Source: Octopus sinensis
Lineage: Eukaryota
Length of the DNA stretch: 64,000 bases
Direction: 5' to 3'
Assembly: GCF_006345805.1 (NCBI RefSeq)
Contig: NW_021832851.1
Span: 1 to 64,000 of the forward strand
A program made the translations under genes and the position numbers. Under the pieces are notes generated by a model. It was not told the origin of the DNA. It ran no database searches and was given only the letters and a program-made list of their open reading frames with translations. Below, one piece after another: positions 53,590 through 64,000 of the stretch (position 1 is its first letter; every line of letters starts with the position of its first letter).

Positions 53590-53745
53590 CGCATGTGTAG
53601 TTGTGTCATAAGAAGCTTGCTTCCGAGTTCATTCCCATAGCGTAGTAACTTGGGCAAGTGTCTTCTTCTATATTCACGGGCCGACCAAAACCGTGTGAAT
53701 GATTTTGGTAGACGGAAGCTGAAAGAAGCCCGTCGTATATATATA
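53590..53745 (+). mobile_element. SINE family A, 5' half
   Basis: cttgggcaagtgtcttc...gtagacggaagctgaaagaagcccgtcg. Confidence 0.85.
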
Positions 53746-53764
53746 TATATATATACATATATAT

Positions 53765-54303
53765 ATGATCTTCCTCTACGTTTAACAATTGGAAGAAGGC
53801 AGTCTGGGTCAAATGATTCTTTCGGTTGCCTCCACACGTATACTCGGTCGGTGGTCGGAAATAAGGTAAACGATGACTCGTCGGAGAAAATAACATACTT
53901 CCACTGCTCTAGAGACCAATTCTGTCAGTTTTTACTCCAGGATAAACGCTTTGCAACGTTTGCTTTTGAAAGTAGTGATTCTCTGATTGCAGCCCTCCCT
54001 TGAAATCCGGCTTTGTGCAGCTCTCGGCAAACAGTTTTTGTGGAAACTGGGTTCACAAAGTAGCCATTAAGCTCTGCAGTAATTTTGGGAGCTGTACATT
54101 TGTGATCCTTTCTAAAAATTCGGGTAGGAGTACCTTTTTGTCATGATATTTGAAAAGGAACAGCACTTTTAGCAAAACATATTAAGCAACACTAATAATA
54201 AATCAAAAACCGCAAAACTAAACAAGTTTTTGACGAGTTCATAGACATTTCAAAATTATGATGTTATGATGCTAGGTGTTTCCATTATTTTGTCCAACCC
54301 CTG
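53765..54303 (-). mobile_element. Tc1-like transposon, 5' half
   Basis: TIR caggggttggacaaaataatggaaacac at 54303. TAPKITAELN..VSTKTVCRELH..WKYVIFSDESSFTL..VWRQPKE. Confidence 0.9.
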
Positions 54304-54315
54304 TGTTTGTGTGTG

Positions 54316-54359
<44 letters not shown>

Positions 54360-54379
54360 TAGATAGATACATACATACA

Positions 54380-54410
<31 letters not shown>

Positions 54411-54449
54411 TTACACATACAAATATATGCATATATATATATATACATA

Positions 54450-54514
<65 letters not shown>

Positions 54515-54544
54515 TTCAAATTATTTAAATGTAACCACATGTGA

Positions 54545-54650
54545 ATCGCTGGCGATTTTCTTCCTCCGCCTTCCCTTCTATTGGAAGAAATGCGTCTGCT
54601 GGAAACGTTAAACCATCTTTCTTTCCATTCATGAGCGTCTGCTAATAAAT
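54545..54650 (+). mobile_element. Repeat family E fragment, decayed hammerhead-like motif
   Basis: ttggaagaaatgcgtctgctggaaacgttaaacc...atgagcgtctgctaata. Confidence 0.4.
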
Positions 54651-55214
54651 TACATGTACCACGTCTTGCATTGTTGTTTTTTTGTATTTGTTCTTTTTAG
54701 GATTTACTATATATATATAAGGCAACCAGAATTCTTATTAGCGCTTTCGTCCGTTCAGTCGAACTCTTCAGGATGTAATTCCTTCCGACTTATATATAAA
54801 TTGAAAAGAGGATGTTGCTTTGACTTGTTTAGAGTGGAGATAGAGAAAAGAGGAAGGAAGGGAGGAGAAAGCAGTGAGAGGAAGCGAGTGAGACAAGGAA
54901 AAAAAAACTTTGACACACGCGTGGGTGATGCTAAATAACCGTCGAGATGTGAATTTTGTGTTTTGGAGAAAAGGAGAAAGACGGGAAGAAGAACAAGAAA
55001 GAAAGGGGACAAGAAAGAAGGAGGCTTCTTTTCAATTATATTGTATCGATGTGTCTAACTCATTGAAATTTAATTACAATTCAAGATATCATTCTTGACT
55101 CAGACATTGTTTTCGAAAGCATCGCTTTTTCTCTCCCTCGTCTTCTCTCATTATATACATATTAACATGTTGTAAATATACATATTAGGATTGAAAAACT
55201 GATATATAAATATA

Positions 55215-55470
55215 CTCTTTTACTCTTATTGCGACCATGCTGGAGCACCGCCTTTATAGTCAATCAAATCGACCCCAGGACTTATTCTTTGTAAGCCTAG
55301 TACTTATTCTATAGGTTATCTTTTGCCGAACGGCGGGATTCTTCCAGTTTCCGTCTACCAAATCCACTCACAAGGCCTTGGTCGGCCCGAGGCTATAGTA
55401 GAAGACATTTGCCCAAGGTGCCACGCATGTGGTTGGTAAGCAAGCTACTTACCCCACAACCACTCCTGCG
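55215..55470 (-). mobile_element. SINE family A with internal deletion
   Basis: Tail at 55215-55330 joined to the 5' half at 55345-55470; microsatellite segment missing. Confidence 0.85.
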
Positions 55471-55471
55471 C

Positions 55472-55514
<43 letters not shown>

Positions 55515-57249
55515 TTGTTTTGTTTAGAAGAGGAGAAAGAGAAAAGAGGAGAGAAAGGAGAAGACGAGTAGAGAGTAGAAAAAGCATACATATATTGTGT
55601 CAAACAGGAATCGAACAGAAATATCACGGACAACTCTTACATTATACAACGCAAAGTTTATAAAAGGAAATAATTTAACGGACATACCGAGGGATACTAA
55701 GTTAAGACGTTCTATAGTAGGTTTGAAATTGCAATGATTGCTAATCTGACAGACAAAGACAGACCAACAGACAAAGAGACACAGAAGGAATAGTGAGAGA
55801 GAGATGCACAAATACGCCCAGATCCCCTCGTGCAAAGCTGTATTACTAATTTTTTGATCGACGGAAACATGAGAACATACGATTGTCGATCTACTTAAGA
55901 CAGTGCTGAACCAATGCAGGAATACGAACCATGGATACATGGCTTCGTAATCTGATTGAATCTCGGTCGATGCTGTTCATTTCAATAATTCCATATAGTC
56001 TTCTTCTGTCATTCTGCTTAAAGGGAGGAATAAAGTTGTTGCAACGTTCCACCTAAATTCGATGTGTAGAAATATGAGCGCTAGTAATAGACATTTCGCT
56101 TCACTTGAGCTGTTTATGCCCTGGAGAAATATAAAAATGTTACACAATCTCGTTTTACTCCCTTATAAATTTCTGGCTTTACTGCGTCAGTGACATAACA
56201 ATGTTTTGAAATATGCAAATACATTCAGTGTTCGTGTATTTCGAGCCAGCTAACAAATTGTCTAGTAAATTTATATACTTCCAATTCATGTAAAAGACGT
56301 GAAGTATTTATGTCGAGTTTCATAAACCCATAAACCATTGTATATTTAGGGAACTAGTAGTAACTTGGATTTCATGTTCATTCTGCTTGTCTGCCTGTCT
56401 TCAGTTTTACTCTGTTATTTCTTCGAAATAGAATAATTCTCAGGATATATTAGATTTGGAAATTGGAAGTTTCAATCATCCAGTTTGCAAAGTGTCCCCT
56501 CTGTAAACCTGACAGTGATATTTCCTTGCTCTATTGAATCTGTTCCATTCCTGTTTGACACAATCTTTTCATTCGTACAAGTCATTTTATCGTTTTTTGT
56601 TCATGTTTTCAAATAATTTTTTTATGGTATATAATTTCTTGGTATTGGCAATGGTGCTATAACGAATATAGCATTGAAGGTTTTTCATTTGTTTCCTGGG
56701 GCATTTCAGCTGCTAATTAATCTAGGAGATTATATATATTTATCACTTAAAATACCTGCCTACGACAAGAGGTGTTATAGAATTCTATAACAAGACACAA
56801 AGATCTCTGACACGAACGCCAAACCATAATTGATTCACTTGTCTAAAATTGTAACAGCTCTTAATATGATTGCCTGATATTTACTAGCTCGTACATTCAT
56901 CTACTATATTACAAAAATTCGAACTTGAAAACCAGCTTGTGAAAAACGCAGTGATAAATAACGGAACGTCTTCTTAGCAGGGAGTTTGCACCAAATACTG
57001 CAGTACGCAAGAATCATATCGATTACTTTGTAAAGTTTTATTGTATTACACAGAATCATATCTCCTACGATCTCCAAGTTTACAACTTTCAGAGATGCAA
57101 ATCTGAGAGCATAAATTTAACCTGAACTGGACTTTCCAGGTTGCAAAATGTTTTAATATGCATTGTGGGCCTATAACTTTAACATGGGATTTTCTGTTTC
57201 CTTACCTACACAATTGTTATAAGTAGGCTTCCATAGGAATTTCAACCGT

Positions 57250-57560
57250 GTTTCGTGGTCTTCTACCACAACAGCTCCTTTATAGGATCCTGTTAGCTCA
57301 AGACATCATCAGGAGGAACCACCTCCGGTTTCGGCCCCTACTTCTCTACCGTTTTGACGTAGCGGCCCCCGCCCTTTCGGAGGTGTCTTCAGCTCTGGTG
57401 TTGGGTGCATGTCTTTTTTCTTCTGTTCGCTGGCCTCTTCGATGTAGCGTCAACGAGTGTCAGCGGGCGACTGACTGTCTTGTCAAATTTCCCTTGAAAT
57501 ATAAATGCATTTCTTACATATCTGATCATTTAGCATAAATTCGAATGTAAAGGGACTCTG
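57250..57560. mobile_element. GC-rich insert, probably a Penelope-like terminal repeat
   Basis: Abrupt GC rise. The minus strand has cctgatgatg...gaaac and ctgaagac...aaaac half-motifs. Confidence 0.3.
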
Positions 57561-58589
57561 CTGTCAGTGTTTTTTTTTTGCTTCAGAGTCTAATCGTAGA
57601 CAATGATTCTTGTCCATGCCATCCAATGCTTATATTACAACACACGTTCAATAGATCCGTCCTGCATCAGTACATCTATCAACTAGTTGATTTTCGTTAT
57701 CAAAGAAAACCACTCTACACAGTAATCATGTAGAAATACAAATATACAAAAACTCCAAAGTATTTGCTACTCATACACGGTGGCCACATATATTACTTAG
57801 AGAGAGCCATATCCCCAAATACGTTTTCTTTTTGTTTCCTATTCTCCAGAACCAGAATATTGTTTAAGGAGTAATGACTTGACGAAAAATCTATACCAAA
57901 ATCATTCTCCGGACCTTACTTTTGCATAGGTATTATCCATTCAGAAGGAGTCAGGAATGTGAGAAAAATTATATAAATGTTCTGTAGTAAGACGATAGAA
58001 TAGGTAGATCACCAGAGGGTTGCGGATTGCCTGTTCTCTTCTTCTGTTCTCCTTTAAGCGTTCCATACTGCAACAGAAATATACCAAGCCAAGCTGAATA
58101 TAAATTGCCTCTAACTTAATTAATATCAGTGAGCATTTCCGAGAGCACTGCACCTCTTTCTCGGTATAGACAACATAAAAAGTACTTACAGTTGATATCC
58201 TTACTATTATCGGTTGCTGTTATCGTTGTGTTATTCTTGCTATTGTTGCTCTCTAGATGTTGTTTTTTGTCTTTTTGTTATTTCCGGGTAAGTCTTTACA
58301 GAGTCGGTCTTATCGAGTTGAAACGTATGCAAGCTTCGAAAGCTCCAGCTTCTCATACGCTTAGGTGTTCACTGGTCATTGTGATAGACGTCACATTGAC
58401 CATAAATACATAATGGTCATCTCCCTGTTTATGACTGCATTCTTCTTCTGCAGTGGACGTTGCTCTGATAAATGTTATTCGACGACACTTTATAACACGA
58501 TTTTTGTCCTTGGGTAACAACTGTTTTTTCTTGTTTGCTGACCCTTAGAAAGTATTAAAAATGGCTAATATTTCCTTCAGATTCTGTTT

Positions 58590-58760
58590 TTGCTACATTT
58601 ATTCAAATCCCAAGAACCCCCCACCACACATGGCTATGATGCTCTCTCACTACGTCTGCTCATGATCAAAGACGCACATATTGTCAGCCACCAACGGATA
58701 TGTTCAAATGTTTAGGCCAAGCAGCTGACAAGTAAATCTGTGCAGAATTTTTGCTAAAAC
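58590..58760. mobile_element. Fragment related to the 38052-38460 retroposon family
   Basis: ttattcaaatcccaagaac...cacatggctatgatgctc...gctgacaagtaaatctgtg. Confidence 0.45.
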
Positions 58761-59841
58761 GATATTTCTGCTTCAGCAATACAGTGATCACTCTGTCTAA
58801 CATGTAATGGAAAAATAGGTCAGTTTCAAAGCATCGATGTCCAGGTCACAAAAGCAAAGTTTAAAGGGAATAGTAGTCATTTCGTTTGAATTCTAGATAG
58901 AAGCAAAAAGGAAATAACACTTACTGGCCTAACAGAAAAAAGGATTAAATTTTTGTGTCATAGTGTAGACAGTTATGTTTAGTGTTAATCTATATGACAT
59001 CCAACAAATTTTATTACTGATTTACTAAATTCTATAATCATATGAACTCGACTAAATTGAATTATCAGGAAGTAACTGAAATCACCAAATCATTATTTCA
59101 GATTCACTGTAATTTTTCGGTTAGTTCCACTAATTCATATCTTAGAGGATGTCTCAAAAATTAAATCCATCTCAGTCAATTGCTATTCGATAATATTTCA
59201 TATAAAAGCAGTTTTGGGAAAAAATATATCACAAAATATAAAATTAAAACTATAATAGTTTAAACATAAAGGAAAAGGGAACGAAGTACCAAGTGGAAAT
59301 TCGGTTAAAATAGTGTATTCTTTCGTTTTTGTTGTTTGCTAGTTTCAGATTTTTGGATGTGTTTTATGTCGGGAAAACCACCATCAATGGATTTCGTCGA
59401 TTATATCGATTTTAGTACTTAGTCTAGAACTTTTGTTTTTCGATTTACATTTATTGATTGACTAAGTTAGGTTTTGGTGTAAATGAACGAAACTTAAACT
59501 TATATCCATATGTAAAACACATCTAAATTGCCTTTCGACACATAGAATTATGTAACACGCACGGAGATTGCTTGCTTTGATATTGGATATTTTATTACAT
59601 AGATAATCTTATCGTACACAAAAAAATCAACAACAAAAAAGACAAAGGATAGAGACAAGTGAGGGAGCAACAAAAAAGGCCCATATATATGACGCTCAGA
59701 AAAAATGGAAAAGTCTTTTATTTTTCGTGCCTACGCTCTTCTATGTATGTATGTATGTATGTATGTATGTATGTATGTATGTATGTATGTATGTATGTAT
59801 ATTTACTACGGCCTTATTCACAGTGGAACATAATTCGATAA

Positions 59842-62187
59842 CACTGGACAACAAAGATTTTGCTACTGGGAAAAAAGCAGTGTTTTAGACTAAATCGAGG
59901 AAGCTGATTCCGAATCCGCACTCAGAAATGTTCTAGCACGTCAGAAATTTGAGTTATGCGCAAGACTCTAACAAAAATTCCGGCTAGATATAGGCCGCAT
60001 TATAAAATTTGCTAAAATGAAAGCAGTCTTAATTGAAAATGAAAGAAATAACAGCAATAACACAAACGATCAGAACCCTAACCCTAACCAGATGGCGCTG
60101 GCGTATTGTGTGTAGTACCAAATTCGTCCATTTGTTCTTGGTAACTCTCAGTGTCATTTGTGCTGCTGTCCAGTGTGGTATGTGTATCTCTCGTTCTGCA
60201 TGATTACTGTTTTAACTATGTTCATTGTGTTAGTTCATGAATAGAAGAGGCTGTGTGAACCACTCACACAATTTTTGTTATGTGTGTGGAAAATTTGCTC
60301 TGTGTGACCAGCAGAAGAAAATTGCCACGGAATTAAAAACTGCCTATAAATATTATTTCAAGTGTAAAATTGGGGACGAAAGCAAGAAATGGGCACCTCA
60401 TAAATGCTGCACCGTGTGTTACTCAGAGCTTACACAGTGGCTGAATGGAAAGAGGAAGTGAATACCTTTTGCTGTACCAACGGTATGGCATGAGCCAGCC
60501 AATCATGATTGATATTTGGCATGACTAATATTAGTGGTTTTTCAAAGAAGACCAAAGCAAAAATTGTGTATACAGATTGTAAGTCGGCTCTAAAACCGGT
60601 CCCACATCACTTCGAGATCCCTGCCCTTCTCACATGCTTTACTTGAAAATCTTGACACGTCGTACGATGACCCCCCCTACTTACTCTCCAATCGACGAAG
60701 AGTACGTAGTTGATTCTAAGAAAAATGAGCCAGGCTTCTTTAACCAAGGTTTGATCGATTTAGTAAGAGACCTAGCATTGTCAAAGGAGACGGCAGAAGT
60801 TTTGGGATCCAGACTACAACAGCGCAAGGTACGAAATTTTCCAGTTTCTGTGCTCGCCATAAAGGCTCATCTGTCTTTTCCAAGAGAGAAAAGAATGTTT
60901 GTTTCTGTACTGCAGTCGTGCAAAAACTAGAACACGTGCATGTGGCTAACGAATGGAGATTGTTTATAGACTCGATTAAGGTTAGCCTCAAAGCTGTGTT
61001 GTCACATAATGGGAATGTAAAACCTTCCATTATTGTATGTCATGTTGTCGGTATGGAAGAAACTTATGAATCGATGGAACTTATTTTGAAAGGAGTTAAT
61101 TACTCCGTTCATAAGTGGAATATTTTTGGTGATTTAAAGGTGTTTTCTATCCTCCTAACGTTGCAGCTGGGATATACAAAAATTATGAGCTTCTTGTGTG
61201 TTTGGAGCAACCACGAGGACAGCAATCCTTATACTGTAAAAAACTGACCTAAAAGAGATGAGCGCATAGTTGGTTGGTGCAATATGCAGCATATGCCACT
61301 GGTAGACTCGTAAAACACCTTCCTTCCACCACTTCACATCGAAATCGGCCTCATGAAAAACTTCGTAAAAGCAATGACACACGATGGTTGTCGCTTCCAG
61401 TACCTAAAAGTAAAATTTGAAGCATGGAAAAGCGATGCAAAACTGAAAACAGCCATTTTCATTGGACCCGAGATCAGAGAATTGATATCTGATAGCAAAT
61501 TCAGAGGTAAACTGAATCCAGTTGAGCTGACGGCATGGGATTCATTCATTCGTGTTAGTTTTAAAGAACTTTCTTGAAAATGATAGAGCTGAAAACTATG
61601 CTGATTTAATAAACAACATACTAACAGCGTAAGATGGTATGGGATACTGAATGTCCCTTAAAATGTACTCCTTGCATTCTAATCTCGAATGTTGGTGCTT
61701 TTAGTGATGAACATGGTGAGAGGTTCCACCAGAACATATCTGAGATAGAAACGAGCTATCAAGGCCCCGGTTCAATCCATACATGATGGGTGACTACTGA
61801 TCCTTCCTACAAAGGGATACCAACACGACGCATAAGCGCTAGAGCAAGTGTCTCAAACATTTCTGAGCTGAGCATATCAAAAATAAAGTGGGTATTCCCT
61901 TAACATAAATATACTATTACTTGCCTTGAACATAAATATACTATATAGAGTACTAATACACTATTATAATAATTATTTAGCTTGAACTTAACTATTCTTG
62001 GTTCTAATAAAGTATTAATACATAACAAAATTCCGTGCTGCATCTCTAATATATAATTCTAAGCATAACTCGAAATCCTGACGTGCTACAGCAATTCTGA
62101 GTTCAGATTCGTAATCAGCATATCGATGTAGTTTAGTACAGCACCATTTATCTGGATAGCAGACAAATATCTTTTGGTTGCCCAGTG
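59842..62187 (+). mobile_element. Chapaev3 (CMC superfamily) DNA transposon, full length, decayed
   Basis: Termini CACTGGACAAC.../...GTTGCCCAGTG, imperfect TIRs of about 125 bp, TAA on both sides (59839-59841, 62188-62190). Confidence 0.9.
60237..61866 (+). pseudogene. Chapaev3 transposase pseudogene
   Basis: CVNHSHNFCYVCG..IGDESKKWAPHKCCTVC, WNIFGDLKV..LQLGYTK, LPPLHIEIGLMKNFVKA, IFIGPEIR, SDEHGERFHQNISEIE. Multiple stops and frameshifts. Confidence 0.9.
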
Positions 62188-62421
62188 TAATATATACCAT
62201 TTGCCAGCAAAGTGATGTACTTAGACACGTACGTACGAGCTTAGAGAAATGTCATCAAAGAAAATTCGTTGGGCATATTAGACCAACGGATTTTCTGAAA
62301 TGTCCATGGATATTTGGACTGGCTTTTGTACCTGGAATGTGTAAAATGTAAGTTCATCGCGGGTGCATCGCAAGGTGAAAATTACGACAAAATTTGCACT
62401 GCATTAGATACGTACCCTCAT

Positions 62422-62603
62422 CTATCCATCCATCCATCCATCCATCCATCCATCCATCCATCCATCCATCTATCCATTCATCCATCCATCCATCCATCCA
62501 TCCATCTATCCATTCATCCATCCATCCATTCATACATATATACATACATACATACATGTGATGAACGTGTTTAAATACATATATATAGATAGATAGATTG
62601 ATT

Positions 62604-62692
<89 letters not shown>
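62422..62692. repeat. (CATC)n, (CATA)n and (AGAT)n microsatellites
   Basis: Read directly. Confidence 0.95.
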
Positions 62693-62693
<1 letters not shown>

Positions 62694-63343
62694 CAATTAA
62701 AAATAACAAAACAATAAAAGTCAAAAGAACGTACACATGGAATATATTAACTTGGTGCTCAGTATGAAATAGAAACAAGTTTTTGTGAGAATAAGGTTTC
62801 GAGCATGTCTCTTCATCAGAAGGAGAAGAAAGGAAGGGTCCGGAGAGCGCAATTGGTGCACGAAAACTTTGACACCAAATATGAAGTGTTTAAATGCCGA
62901 TAAGAAATTTAACTCGTTTTTGAACGGTTAATATATGTTTTCCCAGCTCTAATTGTTTTACTTTCAACGTAGTCTGAGATCAAATCGCTTGCCAGGCACG
63001 TATATCTCCGATATAAAACCTTATCTTAACAACAATGTTACACGTGTTCATCAATTGTTGGAAATTTAATATTATCATATATATTACTGTTAATAAATCG
63101 TAAAACCTCTAACTACAACGTTGTGTGCCGAAGAAGCCATTGTAATTATACAAGATGTAGATTTAACAGGAAATTTCATATTAATGGTAAAAGAGGTGCG
63201 AATAAAAACTTTTCTGTACTTCCTGGAGTAATGAAAGTGTCAACCACTTCGTTATTTATGATAGTTACAAATAATTGTCTTTCGAGTAGAATCTGAAACA
63301 GCTGCGAATGATGATTCTGTATTATTATCGAGATGATGATTTG

Positions 63344-63826
63344 AAGGCGGCGGCGGCGGCGAACTGGCATAATTACTAACACGCCGGGTAAAATTACTAA
63401 GCGGCATTTCTTCGCTCTTACATTCTGAATTCAAAGTCCGCTGGGGTCGAATTTACCTTTCATCCTTTCGGGTTTGTGAAGTGCCATTGAAACATTATGG
63501 TCGATGAAATCGACTAGTCTCCACCGCTAAAATTTCAAACTTTGTACCTTTAATTATTATTATTACTACTATTATTACTTTAATTATTATTATTATTACT
63601 AATATTATTATTATTTAGGCGGCGAGCTGGAAGAATCAGTAGCACGCCAGACTATATGCTTAGCGGCATTTCGTCCGTCTTTACGTTCTGAGTTCAAGTT
63701 CCGCTGAGGTCGACTTTATCTTTCACACTTTGGATCGATAAAATAAGTAAAAACTGTGTTTTAGGGTCCGTGTAATCGACTATCCCCTCTCACCAAATTT
63801 TAGGCCTTGTGCCTATAGTAGAACGG

Positions 63827-63877
<51 letters not shown>

Positions 63878-64000
63878 GAAGGCGGCGCGCTAGTAAAATC
63901 GTATATCACGTCGGGCAAGATGCTGAGCAGCATTTTGTCCGTTCTTACATCCTGAGTCCAAATTCTGCCGAGGTCAACTTAGTCACTCAACTTTTCAGGA
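63344..64000 (+). mobile_element. Three head-to-tail SINE family B copies separated by (ATT)n
   Basis: Heads (aa)ggcggcg at about 63344, 63616 and 63879; the last is cut by the window edge. Confidence 0.9.

Noticed and set aside
60075-60090. (AACCCT)n as an interstitial telomere
   Set aside because: Only about 2.5 units, and they lie inside the Chapaev3 element.

Overview
AT-rich animal DNA, dense in microsatellites, with no protein-coding gene I can recognise. Most ORFs in the track come from simple repeats or transposon debris. The repeat families look like those of an octopod cephalopod (Octopus-like); this is recall, not a search result. The window holds about 30 copies or fragments of four tRNA-derived SINE families, and decayed DNA transposons: five mariner pieces, one Tc1, one pogo/Tigger-like, a small MITE, and a full-length Chapaev3 (59842-62187) with CAC termini and a TAA target duplication. 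It also holds a Gypsy integrase remnant, CR1-like, R4/Dong-like and RTE-like LINE pieces, and a 1.2-kb minisatellite with a 34-bp unit. The most interesting signal is a recurring type I hammerhead-ribozyme architecture of the Penelope-associated kind in at least three repeat families. The clearest case is a tRNA-head/(AAT)n/hammerhead-tail SINE, inserted as a head-to-head palindromic dimer between 12-bp direct repeats (13211-13895). Further fold-back structures lie at 16.4, 27.4 and 38.5 kb. Two repeat-poor islands (20.6-24.5 and 55.6-59.6 kb) and a promoter-like patch (46 kb) may belong to an unrecognised gene. All exon calls are low confidence.
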